NCBI GenBank assembly: GCA_910579275.1
Contig: CAJTTO010000003.1
Coordinates: forward strand, 90,406-154,405
Direction of reading: 5' to 3'
Source of the DNA: an uncultured Lachnospiraceae bacterium
GTDB lineage: Bacteria; Bacillota; Clostridia; Lachnospirales; Lachnospiraceae
DNA length: 64,000 bases
This document shows positions 19,441-30,044 of the stretch, piece after piece. The notes below the pieces were generated by a model, which was not told the origin of the DNA, made no database searches, and saw only the letters and a list, made by a program, of their open reading frames with translations. A program made the translations under genes and the position numbers. The stretch's first letter is position 1. Every line of letters begins with the position of its first letter.

Positions 19441-21147
19441 TCAAAACTGTGTTTTTGCCTTTGCATGCGTCATGTCATATTCCAGAATCACATCATACCC
19501 GTAACTTTTTACAGTTGCCTGCATCTCGTCCAAAAGTTCTTCAAATCTCTGGCTGTCAGGCGCAAACACCATCTCCCAGGAATAATCTTGTATTGCGCGC
19601 TTACACTGGTAGCGGATGGTCGTCTGTTCCGCCGTCTCCACAGATGCAGTATACAGCATTCCCGGCGCCACCAGAAGCATGTTGTTTTTCCGCAGATACT
19701 CCATTGTTGTGTCCGCTCCCATCTTTTCCCGCCAGTCCTCCACTAAGGCAGACGTGTCAAGCGCCCTTACACTGTCCCACAACTCATAATAGTAGTGAAA
19801 GCCCCGCTCACTCTTCTCACACTGAACCACTGCTTTGTAATTTAATGCGGAAACTCCCGATTCCCATGTTCCGCCGCCGTATTCTTCCGGTACCTCAATA
19901 TCTCCTCCGTTCATCAGCGCCTCCCTGCCAAACTCTGTGAGATAGGGACCATCCTCCCGCATCTCCCATGTCAGTCCTTCCGGTCCCGCCGCGGCTCCGG
20001 ACAGACTGGCACCGTTTATCATAATTCCCTCCTCAGAATACAGCCAGTCAATAAAATCCACAAGCCTTTTCGGATCCGCACACTGTGAACCGACAGCGAT
20101 AATGCTGTCCTGATTTCCATACGGGTAGCATCCATAGGAGTAAATCTGCATGTCCTGAACAGGCGCCATCATAAAGCCCTTGCCTTGTTCCACATTGGAA
20201 ATTGTATTGAAAGCAGATTTTCCAAGCCACGGCCATGGCGAGAAAAAAATCTGCCCTTCCTTATACTTTTCAAAACACTGCTCATAGTTTTGATTCACAG
20301 ACTTCGGGTCAATCAGTCCCATCTGATTTGCTTCATAAAAAAATCTGAGCATACGCACATACACCGAGTCATCCTCAATAATACTTTGATAATCTGACCC
20401 GTCTGCCTTTGCAAGTACCACGCCATACTCGTCATACCCATACATACAGCAGGGCTGCTTGACCGCGTTCATCATGTTGTCATCCCAATCCTTAAAAAAA
20501 GAAAAACCGTATGTTTTGGCGCCGTTTTCCGCAGTCGGATGCCGCTCCTGCATCTCCTTCAGCACTGGCAGCAGCTCCTCAAGGGTATTGACTTCGGGGT
20601 AGCCAAGCTCTTTATATAAATCCCAGCGGATGTAAGGACCGTACACGGGTTCATTCCCCTCACTCGGAACATTCGGTCCATTTGCGGACACCTGTGAGGG
20701 AATTGCATAAATGCCGTCCTGCCCGACACAGCTGTTCAGGTTTTCAATCGCCTCCCTGTACCGCATTATGTCTTTGTCCTGCAAATCATCTTCCATGTTG
20801 TAAATCAATCCTGCATTGACCAAATCCTGCAGCTGTCCATTCACCCCCTTACATATAATCAAATCGCCAAGATTGCCTGCTGCTGCCCGCACCTCAAAAA
20901 GCGTATCCCCTCCTCTTGTAATATTTGGGGCTATGATATTCAATTCCATATTAAATTTCTTTCTGACTACTTCACCGAACCAGCCTGACTGAATTCCCTG
21001 ATAATTTGCAGAATAGTCAAAGACATCCACGACTATGAAATCCTGATATGGACAGTCATTTTTCACGCCGGAACAGGCGCAAAGATTCAGACAGAACACT
21101 GCCAGAAGCCAGAACGACACAATTCGGTTTCTCTGTTTTTTTCTCAT
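19441..21147 (-). CDS. Extracellular sugar-binding lipoprotein, possibly sensory
   Basis: Lipobox LCAC. Paralogous to the binding protein at 23599-25431 (GWF..KKFN.ELNII, FKDWD.NM). Confidence 0.82.
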   Translation of the reverse strand: MRKKQRNRIVSFWLLAVFCLNLCACSGVKNDCPYQDFIVVDVFDYSANYQGIQSGWFGEVVRKKFNMELNIIAPNITRGGDTLFEVRAAAGNLGDLIICKGVNGQLQDLVNAGLIYNMEDDLQDKDIMRYREAIENLNSCVGQDGIYAIPSQVSANGPNVPSEGNEPVYGPYIRWDLYKELGYPEVNTLEELLPVLKEMQERHPTAENGAKTYGFSFFKDWDDNMMNAVKQPCCMYGYDEYGVVLAKADGSDYQSIIEDDSVYVRMLRFFYEANQMGLIDPKSVNQNYEQCFEKYKEGQIFFSPWPWLGKSAFNTISNVEQGKGFMMAPVQDMQIYSYGCYPYGNQDSIIAVGSQCADPKRLVDFIDWLYSEEGIMINGASLSGAAAGPEGLTWEMREDGPYLTEFGREALMNGGDIEVPEEYGGGTWESGVSALNYKAVVQCEKSERGFHYYYELWDSVRALDTSALVEDWREKMGADTTMEYLRKNNMLLVAPGMLYTASVETAEQTTIRYQCKRAIQDYSWEMVFAPDSQRFEELLDEMQATVKSYGYDVILEYDMTHAKAKTQF

Positions 21148-21295
21148 TTTTAAGCACTCTCTTCCTGGATTGACAATCCATTTTTACTCACTTATACTAT
21201 TATGGTATCTATAATTCTTTACATTTTTACTATTACTATATCAAATTCATGAAACAATTCAATACGTTTCACATACTGGAGGGGATGAATATTTG

Positions 21296-22873
21296 ATGGA
21301 AACTTTGTTGATAGCCGATGACGAAAAAAATATACGCGATGGTCTTAAATGCATCCTTGACTGGGAGGAGCTTGGCTTTACTTTATGCGGGGAAGCGGCA
21401 AACGGCGAGGAGGCACTTTCCTGCATCCTAAAAGAAAAACCCAGTCTCGTTCTTTTGGATATCCGAATGCCGAAGCTTACCGGAATCGACATCATCCGCA
21501 TTGCACGCGAGCAGGGATACAGCGGCAGGTTTATCATTTTAAGCGGCTATTCCGACTTTTCTTATGCACAGTCTGCCATCCGATACGGCGTTACGTATTA
21601 CCTGACAAAACCAATTGACGAAGACGAGCTGCTCGATGCCATCAACACGATAAAGGAAGCTCTGGAACAGGAGCACAAGAAATCTGATAACATCGCGCTT
21701 TATCGCGAAAAGGCGAAAAACGTCATTCTCCACGAGCTGGTTACCGGTAACTGGAAAAAAGACGGCATCACTGGCCTGTCCTCCTCAGATTTCCAAAGCA
21801 TGGAGCTTGTCTTTGACACCTATCAGGTTGTCATTTACGAAAAATTTGGTCTGGCTCCCGAAGACCCTAGCTATCACTTTGCCGATCTGTTAAACATCAC
21901 GAACAACGGCAACTATTCCTTTGAGTATTTTAAGGAGGATAACAAGAATGTAATATTATTAAAGGGAGCTTTTGCACGCAGACGATTTGAGGAGTTTCTG
22001 CGCCATTATGAAAAAGCAGAGCTTCAGGAGGGAAGCCCTATGGATTCGCTTTTTCTCGCATACGGCCGCCCTGTCGAGAACCTGGACGAAATATACCTCT
22101 CTTACGAGGAAGCCCATACCTTGATTCAAAGACGCTTTTTCTGCATTCAGGGTCAGCATACACTGGGATATGAAGAACTGCCCGCCATCACTTCGCACAA
22201 CAGCCTGATTCACAGCGACAAGCTTCACGAATACTGTGATGCCCTGATTAACTATCTGCAGGCCAATAACCGCAAGCAAATTGCCGCCACATTCTTCTCT
22301 CTTGAAGAATACCTTTACAACGTGGACAGCTCCATCGAATCCGTCAGGCTTTTCCTCACGGATTTATTCCTGCAGCTAAAGGAAAACATAAGCAAAACAT
22401 ACAACAGCTCCCGCATGTCACTGCCCTCCAACTCTGCCATTATAGAATATATTGACCACTGCCACTACCTCTATGAGATTATCCTGTACATTTCAGGGCA
22501 GGTAAAGTCCATAATGGACAGCAATGACAGTTCGCCAAGGGATTCCATCCTCGATGACATCCTTTACTATATCGACAACAATTACCAGAACAATATTAAG
22601 CTTGAAACCATCGCCCCGCTTTTCGGGTATAACAGCGCGTACCTCGGCAAGCTTTTTACCAAGGCAATCGGGGAAAATTTCAACTCCTATGTCGACCATA
22701 GACGCATCGAGCATTCCAAAAAGCTGCTTTCCCAGAAAAATATGAAAGTGTACGAGGTGTCGGAGCAAGTGGGCTATAAAAACGTGGACTACTTTCACAA
22801 AAAGTTCAAGAAATACGTGGGCATCAGCCCTGCGGAATACCGCAAACAGTTAAAGCTGGATGAATCAATGTAG
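21296..22873 (+). CDS. YesN-type response regulator (REC + AraC HTH)
   Basis: LIADDE, LLDIRMP and YLTKP; C-terminal VGYKNVDYFHKKFKKYVGISPAEYR. Confidence 0.93.
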   Translation: METLLIADDEKNIRDGLKCILDWEELGFTLCGEAANGEEALSCILKEKPSLVLLDIRMPKLTGIDIIRIAREQGYSGRFIILSGYSDFSYAQSAIRYGVTYYLTKPIDEDELLDAINTIKEALEQEHKKSDNIALYREKAKNVILHELVTGNWKKDGITGLSSSDFQSMELVFDTYQVVIYEKFGLAPEDPSYHFADLLNITNNGNYSFEYFKEDNKNVILLKGAFARRRFEEFLRHYEKAELQEGSPMDSLFLAYGRPVENLDEIYLSYEEAHTLIQRRFFCIQGQHTLGYEELPAITSHNSLIHSDKLHEYCDALINYLQANNRKQIAATFFSLEEYLYNVDSSIESVRLFLTDLFLQLKENISKTYNSSRMSLPSNSAIIEYIDHCHYLYEIILYISGQVKSIMDSNDSSPRDSILDDILYYIDNNYQNNIKLETIAPLFGYNSAYLGKLFTKAIGENFNSYVDHRRIEHSKKLLSQKNMKVYEVSEQVGYKNVDYFHKKFKKYVGISPAEYRKQLKLDESM

Positions 22874-22904
22874 GCAAAAGAAGTCAGCAAAAAGAACCGG
22901 GAGC

Positions 22905-23531
22905 CTATCTTACCGCCCCTGGTTCTTTCTCCAGTTCCTGAAAAATTCTCTTGGAAAACGCCGCAACCGTAAAAATTGCAAATGCTGCGCCGAACAACAG
23001 TCCAAAACACATCAAAACTGTATTGAAATGAAATATCACATACTCGGCAAAGAGCAGTGCCGCCAGCATCAGCGTCCTGCCAAAATACCTCCTTGAAATT
23101 TCCATGGAATTCTGTATCGTAGCGATAATCCCATTCTCATATCTGGCAAGAAGCGGAAATGCATACAGCATAGCGGTCACATACACGAATACGGATACAA
23201 TTCCAACCACAATCAGTATCACGGAGCCTTCCTCGGACACCCGGTTAATCTCGTAGTCAAGGTAAATGGCATACGTCGCCACCAGGAATATCAAGCCCAT
23301 TATGGTTCCCTGCCTAAAGTTTTCCCGAAATGCGCTGACAAAGCTCCGCGCAACATACCCCTCCTCATCATCAACCATTTTCATCGCGACACTGTACGCT
23401 GCAACGGTCGATGCGCCGATTGTCACAATGGGGAGTGAAAACAGAAACCACATAAAGTTTAACTTGACCAAATCCCAGAATTTGCTGAGAAAACGATATA
23501 ATCCGCCATCAACACAAAAAAATCCGCTCAT
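22905..23531 (-). CDS. YesL/DUF624 family membrane protein
   Basis: LNFMWFLFSLPIVTIGAS and FVSAFRENFRQ motifs; ABC-locus context. Confidence 0.85.
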   Translation of the reverse strand: MSGFFCVDGGLYRFLSKFWDLVKLNFMWFLFSLPIVTIGASTVAAYSVAMKMVDDEEGYVARSFVSAFRENFRQGTIMGLIFLVATYAIYLDYEINRVSEEGSVILIVVGIVSVFVYVTAMLYAFPLLARYENGIIATIQNSMEISRRYFGRTLMLAALLFAEYVIFHFNTVLMCFGLLFGAAFAIFTVAAFSKRIFQELEKEPGAVR

Positions 23532-23598
23532 CCCAAAACTCCTTTTCCAGAAACGGGGCTATCAAAAACTGACAGCCCCATGAAATGAAACCATAGCC

Positions 23599-25431
23599 TT
23601 ATTCGTACTCTGCTGCTTTTCTAAGCGCTGCCTCATTCTCGCACCACTCAATACACTCCTGATAACCATAGCTGTCAGCATCTGCACGCATCTTCGTGAC
23701 AACGGACTCAAACTCAGAATCATCCTTTGCGTAGATTGCCTGCCATGAACCATTCTGTATGCATGTCTTTACCTGCTCCCATGTGGTTGCAAGCTCATCC
23801 GACTTTGCGCTTTCTGCGTAGTTATGCGGAAGGGCTATAGAGTAATTATACTTTGTCATATATTCTGTGTATGATTCCACACCCATGTCTGTTCTCCACT
23901 CCTGCTCCGCCTTGTCAACATCCAGCGCAAGATACTTATCCCAGTACTTAAAGTTGAACGTCTGACCATCAACACCGTCGGGAATTGTTGTGTTAAGCGA
24001 CCATGTCGTGTTGTTCATCTGCGGGCAGCCGTCATCCCAAAGCCCTGAGTATGGAGCCGGCATTACCTTGTCTTCCCTTGCCGCAAGCGCCTTGCAGTCC
24101 AGACCGAAATCTGTCAGCTCTGCCTTGCCGTTGTCAAGCCACTCCCAGCATACGCCCTGTGGGCCGTACTCATAGTCAAGTCTGCCCTCCGGTGTACAGA
24201 GATAATTGATGATTGCCATGCAGAGTTCCGGATACTGTGACTTCGCGCCAATTGACCAAATACGATTGCTTCCGCTCTGTCCAAGACCATAAACCAGTGT
24301 GTCCTGATTTGTGGCAACAACCGGAAGAAGTTTCTTGCCTTCAGCCATGTGCTCATTTGTATTGTACTGTGTGGCACCCATCCAGTTAAAGATACAGAAG
24401 AATGCGCCGCCATCCTGATAATCTTCCATGCATCCGTCATATCCCTGCGTCATGGAATCCGGGTCAAGCAGTCCCTGCTGGTACAACGTATTGTAGAACT
24501 TCAGGCATCTCTCATAGTGCCCGCCTTCCTGTAAGCAGTCCTCAAACGCACCCGTATCCGCATCATAGAAACCAAAGTGGAATTCGTCCAGACCAAAGAA
24601 GTTTGTTGCAGTTGCCTTTACAAACATTACCATATTGCCATCCCAGTCCTTAAAGAGAGAAACGCCGTATGTTTCCTTTCCGGAATCAGATGTCGGGCAG
24701 ACCTCCTTCATCTGCTTAAGCACATCAACATAATCCTCTAGCTCCTTAATTTCAGGACTTCCAATCTCCTTGTAAAGGTCATAGCGAATATCCGGATGAT
24801 AATCGAACTCACCATACTGTCCCGGACCCGAAGCCACGTCAAATCCAAACCCATATACTGTTCCGTCCGAAATTTTGGCATTTTTATCAAGCGCATCTGC
24901 CATATGGGACTTGATATAAGGCCCGAAATCAGACAGAATATCATCTTCATTCCAGTCAAAGAGCATCCCGTTCTGATACGCACGCGCATACTCGTCACCG
25001 TCAGAACCAAAGAGCACGATGTCGCCGAGATTTCCTGATTCCATACGCGTATCAAATACCCCGTCGCCGTTACTGATAATATTCAGCTTGACATTGAATT
25101 TTTCTTTCATGATATCAGCAAACCATCCGATCTGTTCGCCTTCATAGTTAGAAAGCTGTGAGTAAACCGTAAGTGTCACGGTCTCATCCGGAATGATGTC
25201 TGTCAAATCAGCTTCCTTAAGCTCCCCGCCAGCTGTGTCCGCGTCTGCTGTTCCGGACGCTGTATCCGGTTCCGCTGCATTATCTGCATCCACAGCCTTG
25301 TCTGTGTCTGTTTTATCTGTTGCAGTATCTGCATTGTTCTGCGAGGTAGTTGTTGTCGAACCACTACATGCCGCAAGTGAACATGTCATTGCAGATATGA
25401 GTACGAGTGACAGTGCTTTCTTAAATTTCAT
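23599..25431 (-). CDS. Carbohydrate ABC transporter substrate-binding lipoprotein
   Basis: Lipobox LAAC, a T/D/A-rich linker, then a binding-protein core; lies downstream of the permeases. Confidence 0.9.
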   Translation of the reverse strand: MKFKKALSLVLISAMTCSLAACSGSTTTTSQNNADTATDKTDTDKAVDADNAAEPDTASGTADADTAGGELKEADLTDIIPDETVTLTVYSQLSNYEGEQIGWFADIMKEKFNVKLNIISNGDGVFDTRMESGNLGDIVLFGSDGDEYARAYQNGMLFDWNEDDILSDFGPYIKSHMADALDKNAKISDGTVYGFGFDVASGPGQYGEFDYHPDIRYDLYKEIGSPEIKELEDYVDVLKQMKEVCPTSDSGKETYGVSLFKDWDGNMVMFVKATATNFFGLDEFHFGFYDADTGAFEDCLQEGGHYERCLKFYNTLYQQGLLDPDSMTQGYDGCMEDYQDGGAFFCIFNWMGATQYNTNEHMAEGKKLLPVVATNQDTLVYGLGQSGSNRIWSIGAKSQYPELCMAIINYLCTPEGRLDYEYGPQGVCWEWLDNGKAELTDFGLDCKALAAREDKVMPAPYSGLWDDGCPQMNNTTWSLNTTIPDGVDGQTFNFKYWDKYLALDVDKAEQEWRTDMGVESYTEYMTKYNYSIALPHNYAESAKSDELATTWEQVKTCIQNGSWQAIYAKDDSEFESVVTKMRADADSYGYQECIEWCENEAALRKAAEYE

Positions 25432-25501
25432 AAAAATCCTCCTTTTCCTTTTGCCGTGTTATGTAAAATACCAGTCTGTGTGGTATCGTAACACCAATGT
25501 C

Positions 25502-26479
25502 TTAACCTTTTACTGCGCCGAGCATAATACCCTTTTCAAAATATCTCTGCATAAACGGATATACCATCAGAATCGGCAGCACCGTAACCATTGATATTGT
25601 ATATTTAATTGTCTTGGCATTCAGCACATTTGCTGCCGCGGCACCCGATATTGTTCCGGAACCTGAATTCATGACGCTCTTTAAATTGGACGCAGCATTT
25701 AAGTATGTATACAGCTTGTGCTGCAATGTGTGGAGCTGTGGCGCGTCCGGCATTAAAATCAGGGAATCCGTGAACGAATTCCAGTTTCCTACCGCACCAA
25801 AAATTGCGATTGTAGCCAAGATTGGCTTACTCAGTGGCCATATGATTTTCCGGAATACGGTCATATAGGTAGCGCCGTCCATCTTTGCACTCTCCTCAAG
25901 TTCTCCCGGAATGGACTCAATATACGTCTTTACAAGAATAATATTATAAGGGGCAACGATACCCGGAATAATGTACGCCCAAAAACTGTTGGTCAGTCCC
26001 AGCATCGACATATTCAAATACCACGGAATCAGGCCGGCATTAAAATACATTGTGACAACCAGACATCTGTACCAAATCTTCTTGCACCACATCTCCTGCT
26101 TTGTCACCAGATATCCCACAAATGCAGAAGCCATAACCATCAGCACTGTTCCGAGAAATGTCCTCCCCAGCGTGACCACGAGCGCTGTTCCGACATCATT
26201 TACATTGAACATGGAAATATAGTTCTGAATGTGGATTCCCTGCGGCAAAAAATTAATGGCGCCTTTCCTGACCAAGTCATTATCGCTGACTGTATTGATA
26301 AAAATATAGTAAAACGGAAAGATACAAAGCAGCGTAAATATCAGAAAAAACGTATGGTTAATCAACTCAAAAACCCAGTCGGCTGCGCTCATACGGTACT
26401 TCCTCTGATGTTTCTTTTCGTACTCCTTCTCTGCTTTTTTATCGAGCTTTTCCTGTTTTGTCATTGCCATTCCATTCAC
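25502..26479 (-). CDS. Carbohydrate ABC permease (MalG-like)
   Basis: EAA loop ELEESAKMDGA; C-terminal YPFMQRYFEKGIMLGAVKG. Confidence 0.93.
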   Translation of the reverse strand: MNGMAMTKQEKLDKKAEKEYEKKHQRKYRMSAADWVFELINHTFFLIFTLLCIFPFYYIFINTVSDNDLVRKGAINFLPQGIHIQNYISMFNVNDVGTALVVTLGRTFLGTVLMVMASAFVGYLVTKQEMWCKKIWYRCLVVTMYFNAGLIPWYLNMSMLGLTNSFWAYIIPGIVAPYNIILVKTYIESIPGELEESAKMDGATYMTVFRKIIWPLSKPILATIAIFGAVGNWNSFTDSLILMPDAPQLHTLQHKLYTYLNAASNLKSVMNSGSGTISGAAAANVLNAKTIKYTISMVTVLPILMVYPFMQRYFEKGIMLGAVKG

Positions 26480-26484
26480 CTCCC

Positions 26485-27921
26485 CTACATAATGCTCTCG
26501 CCGCGCACTGCCTTTGAAATCTTATTTGCCCCAAAGAGAAGAACAACGCTGACGATCGACTTAAACATACCTACTACCGTTGCAAGAGGCACTCTGCCGC
26601 CGTTGATACCAAGTTTGTATACATAGAGGTCTAACACTGTAATGGTATCTGAGTTGTACGGTGTCTCAAACACGAGATACTGATCCATACCATTGCTTAA
26701 AATACCTGCGATTGCCATAATCAGCAATACCATAAAGGTCGGAATCAAGCTCGGAACCGTGATGTTCCACATTTTCTGAAAACGTCCTGCTCCGTCTATG
26801 GAAGCCGCCTCGTAGAGCTGCTGGTCAATACCTGAGATTGCCGCTATGTAAATAATGGCATTCCATCCCAGCCCCTTCCACATTCCCCATGCAAGCATCT
26901 TAATCCACATATGGGAATTGTCCATCAAAAAGTTTGTGCCAGCCTCCATCGTTCCGGCATTTACCAGCAATGAGCTTACAAATCCGTCCGTCGAGAAGAT
27001 CGCAAACGCAACGGCATATACAAGCACCCAGCTGATAAAGTTCGGAATTGTGGTAAATGTCTGTACGAATCTTCTAAATTTCAGGCTCTTAATCTCGCAG
27101 AGCAGAATCGCAAACGCCATGGAGCACCAGCTGGTGGCAAGTCCAAGACCGCTCATTGCGAGCGTGTTTCGCAGCACACGCACCAGATCCGCCCTTGTCG
27201 CTTCATTCTGGAACAAAAACGAAAACCACTTCACCCCGACAAAATTATCCATCGACAGCGTGTCGCCTGACTTGTAGTCAAAGAATGCATACCGCCATCC
27301 GAGCAAAGGCAGGTAGGCAAACACAATGCAAAGTGCCAGAAACGGCAGCAGCAGCAGAAACAGCTGATACTTTGTCTCGATATAGCACTTCTCACCCTTC
27401 TCCACCTTTGGCAGGCAGAAAAGAATCACGATGGCCAAGACGAGCATTGCCACACACAAAACAATGTAGAATGTGAGGTTTTTCGGCTCCATGGGGGTAA
27501 TCCTGTCCGGTTTTGGCGTGCCCTTGATGTCTGCAGCCGCCCAGTTAATCATCAAGCATCCTGCAAATGCCACGATTGCGCCGACGATTGACGGTATCAT
27601 GCCGATTTTCTTGAGCTTGGTTGTGCCAAGTGACATACAGCCGCCGGCTCCCGCCGCCGCAAACCCAAGGATGATACACAGACAGCCGCCGAATACCATC
27701 TGCAATGTCAGCGTCCCCACCCATCCTCTGCTAAAGGCTCTGGCAAAGTTCTGCGTCAATGTACCATATGAGGTACCGCAGGTGAATACGGAAGCCGTCT
27801 GTGGAATCAGTTCACTGATTCGTGCAGGATTCAGCGCCGGGATAAACAGCAGCACGAATGCCAGAATATAAAACACCCGCAGCACGACATAAAGTTTATC
27901 TGCAATCTTTTCCTTACTCAT
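26485..27921 (-). CDS. Carbohydrate ABC permease (LplB-like) with an extra N-terminal membrane domain
   Basis: IPNFISWV and QLYEAASIDGAGRFQ motifs; about 180 aa of hydrophobic extension. Confidence 0.9.
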   Translation of the reverse strand: MSKEKIADKLYVVLRVFYILAFVLLFIPALNPARISELIPQTASVFTCGTSYGTLTQNFARAFSRGWVGTLTLQMVFGGCLCIILGFAAAGAGGCMSLGTTKLKKIGMIPSIVGAIVAFAGCLMINWAAADIKGTPKPDRITPMEPKNLTFYIVLCVAMLVLAIVILFCLPKVEKGEKCYIETKYQLFLLLLPFLALCIVFAYLPLLGWRYAFFDYKSGDTLSMDNFVGVKWFSFLFQNEATRADLVRVLRNTLAMSGLGLATSWCSMAFAILLCEIKSLKFRRFVQTFTTIPNFISWVLVYAVAFAIFSTDGFVSSLLVNAGTMEAGTNFLMDNSHMWIKMLAWGMWKGLGWNAIIYIAAISGIDQQLYEAASIDGAGRFQKMWNITVPSLIPTFMVLLIMAIAGILSNGMDQYLVFETPYNSDTITVLDLYVYKLGINGGRVPLATVVGMFKSIVSVVLLFGANKISKAVRGESIM

Positions 27922-28029
27922 ATCTCTACTTCCTTCCTGTTATTTATTCCTTCACAACGATTTGTGATATTTTTATTATAATGGTTAAATTTGTATAAAA
28001 ATACGGAAAAAATTAATTGTAATTTACAT

Positions 28030-28191
28030 TACTTTTTTTATGCATATTCCATTTTTATGCCTGCACGCACGTTTCTCCGGATGCCCATGGGCAATAGAGC
28101 AGGGGAAAGACCTTCTCCACTACTCGCCGCGCGCCCCGTGCGCCGCTTTGCGGCTTAGTTCCTCCGCACGGGGCTGCGCATAAAAAAAGTA
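28030..28191. repeat. GC-rich structured intergenic element with 14-bp terminal inverted repeats (MITE/REP-like or ncRNA)
   Basis: TACTTTTTTTATGC (28030-43) and GCATAAAAAAAGTA (28178-91); internal stems GCCCCGTGCG/CGCACGGGGC and GCCGCtttGCGGC; palindrome TGCCCATGGGCA. Confidence 0.55.
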
Positions 28192-28211
28192 CTGCATTCC
28201 ACAGTACTTTT
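28185..28211 (-). terminator. Terminator of the histidine kinase gene
   Basis: AAAAGTACTG/CAGTACTTTT stem with a T-tract on the minus strand. Confidence 0.6.
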
Positions 28212-30012
28212 AAATATCATGATATACTTTTTCCGGCAGATGCAGGGCAATTGTCGTCCCTTCATCGCGCGCAGAATCAATTGTCATTCCGTATGCATCC
28301 CCATAACAAAGTTTTACCCGCTGGTTAATATTGTACAGACCGATGCGCTCCTTTTTCTCTGGATTTTTCGTAACAATATCCGCCCGCAGGCGCTCTAGCG
28401 CCTTCTGATTCATGCCGCAGCCATTGTCAGAAACCGCAATACACACGCCTCCTTCTGCCACATGCATGATTCTGACTGTAACCAGACCTTCTGTTTCCTT
28501 TTCCTCCAAGCCGTGCAGAATTGCATTTTCAACAATGGGCTGGAACAAGAGTGGCAGCGTGATACATTTACTGACATCCATGCCCTCATCAATCGCAAAT
28601 ACATAGTCAAACTTTTCACCAAACCGTAGTTTTTGTATTTTCATGTATATCTCTATATGATTCAGTTCTTCCTGAAGGGAGGTAAATGCCGTACCGCTGT
28701 TCTCAAGCACGTATCGCATAGATTTTCCCAAAAGTTTTATGGCAGTCGCAACTTCCTTGTCGCCTGCTGTGTATGCTTTCATACGTATCGTTTCCAGCGT
28801 ATTATACAAAAAATGCGGATTAATCTGGCTCGCAAGCATCTTAAATTCCATCTTCTGCTGTTCATTGACAAGTTCCTGATCATTCAGCATGGTCTCATAC
28901 ATCAGCGCATCCTTTTCCTTGATTCTCTGCACCATGACTTCAAGGTCTGCAAACGCTTCCGAGAGTTCGTCACCGCCACGGACAATTTCCTTAAAATCAT
29001 AATCCTCATTGCTCGCCTGATGTATCACATGCCGCAGTGTGGACACGCGTCCCGTAAAGTATGTGGTAAAAAAATGTACCAAAATCCCCGGAACCAAAAT
29101 TGCAAGCAAAATAATAATCAGGCATGTTTCGATAATGCTCCTGATGTTGTCATACGATTTGTCATTGACCGTGCAAATGTAAATCTTTGAGTCAGACTGA
29201 TAAAGCCGCAGTGTGGACACACCGACAAAACAAGTATGGTTTTGAATCTTCTTACTCCCTATGTACTGAAAATAATTTTCGTCATAATCAATATCCATGA
29301 GCTGCGCCTTGCCATAGTTCTCCCTGTCAGATGCATAAAATACAACCCCCTTATCCACCGAAGCACTGTTCCTGTATTCTTGACTGTTAATACGTGTTTT
29401 TAAGTAATTGTCACTGATTCGTATTACCAGCACAGCATTATAGTCAGAGTGGACAAGCGGAATCTGCCTTACCAGACACAGACTCCAGTATTGGTTGCCG
29501 TGTTCATCAATGTTCTGCATCTCTTTCCAGAAAACACTGTTTTGCGACACTGCCCTTTGATACCAGTCCGTTTCCGCCACTTTGTCCGCATTCTGATATT
29601 GTTTATAAGTAAAGAAATCCGGATTGTCACAATAAATATCTATTTCCTCAATTTCCGTGTAATGGTACATATAATTGTCGACAACGGAGGAATGCGCGTT
29701 CACCATATCGACAAACGCTTCTTCCGATGCATACTTTCCCTTTAATACAGAATGCACCCCCTCATCGAAGGACAATTCCTCTGAAATATTGTAGGCCTGC
29801 GTCGTTATCTCAAAAAGTATCGTTCTCACGCGGAGATTATCCGATTCCAGCAAATCCCTGTGATAACCTGTCAGCAAATTATAGGTATTGCCTACCAAAA
29901 AAACACCGATTAGTATTACCGGCAGAAAAACAGCCAGTACATAAATAACATACAACTGCCTGCGTATACCGGATTTGCGCAAAAATCCAAAAAATTCATG
30001 TTTTCTTTTCAT
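28210..30012 (-). CDS. YesM/LytS-type sensor histidine kinase
   Basis: Two TM helices, HAMP domain, SQINPHFLYNTLE, QPIVENAILHG, DNGCG and IGLYNINQR. Confidence 0.93.
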   Translation of the reverse strand: MKRKHEFFGFLRKSGIRRQLYVIYVLAVFLPVILIGVFLVGNTYNLLTGYHRDLLESDNLRVRTILFEITTQAYNISEELSFDEGVHSVLKGKYASEEAFVDMVNAHSSVVDNYMYHYTEIEEIDIYCDNPDFFTYKQYQNADKVAETDWYQRAVSQNSVFWKEMQNIDEHGNQYWSLCLVRQIPLVHSDYNAVLVIRISDNYLKTRINSQEYRNSASVDKGVVFYASDRENYGKAQLMDIDYDENYFQYIGSKKIQNHTCFVGVSTLRLYQSDSKIYICTVNDKSYDNIRSIIETCLIIILLAILVPGILVHFFTTYFTGRVSTLRHVIHQASNEDYDFKEIVRGGDELSEAFADLEVMVQRIKEKDALMYETMLNDQELVNEQQKMEFKMLASQINPHFLYNTLETIRMKAYTAGDKEVATAIKLLGKSMRYVLENSGTAFTSLQEELNHIEIYMKIQKLRFGEKFDYVFAIDEGMDVSKCITLPLLFQPIVENAILHGLEEKETEGLVTVRIMHVAEGGVCIAVSDNGCGMNQKALERLRADIVTKNPEKKERIGLYNINQRVKLCYGDAYGMTIDSARDEGTTIALHLPEKVYHDI

Positions 30013-30044
30013 CCGTCCTCCCCTACAACGGCTGAACCCCATGT

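Noticed and set aside
21258..21270. 13-mer TTCAATACGTTTC, also found at 62958-62970
   Set aside because: Only two copies in unrelated contexts; compatible with chance in AT-rich DNA.
28030..28191. Known ribozyme or riboswitch identity for the GC-rich element
   Set aside because: I could not find hammerhead, twister, HDV, T-box or SAM core motifs; left unassigned.
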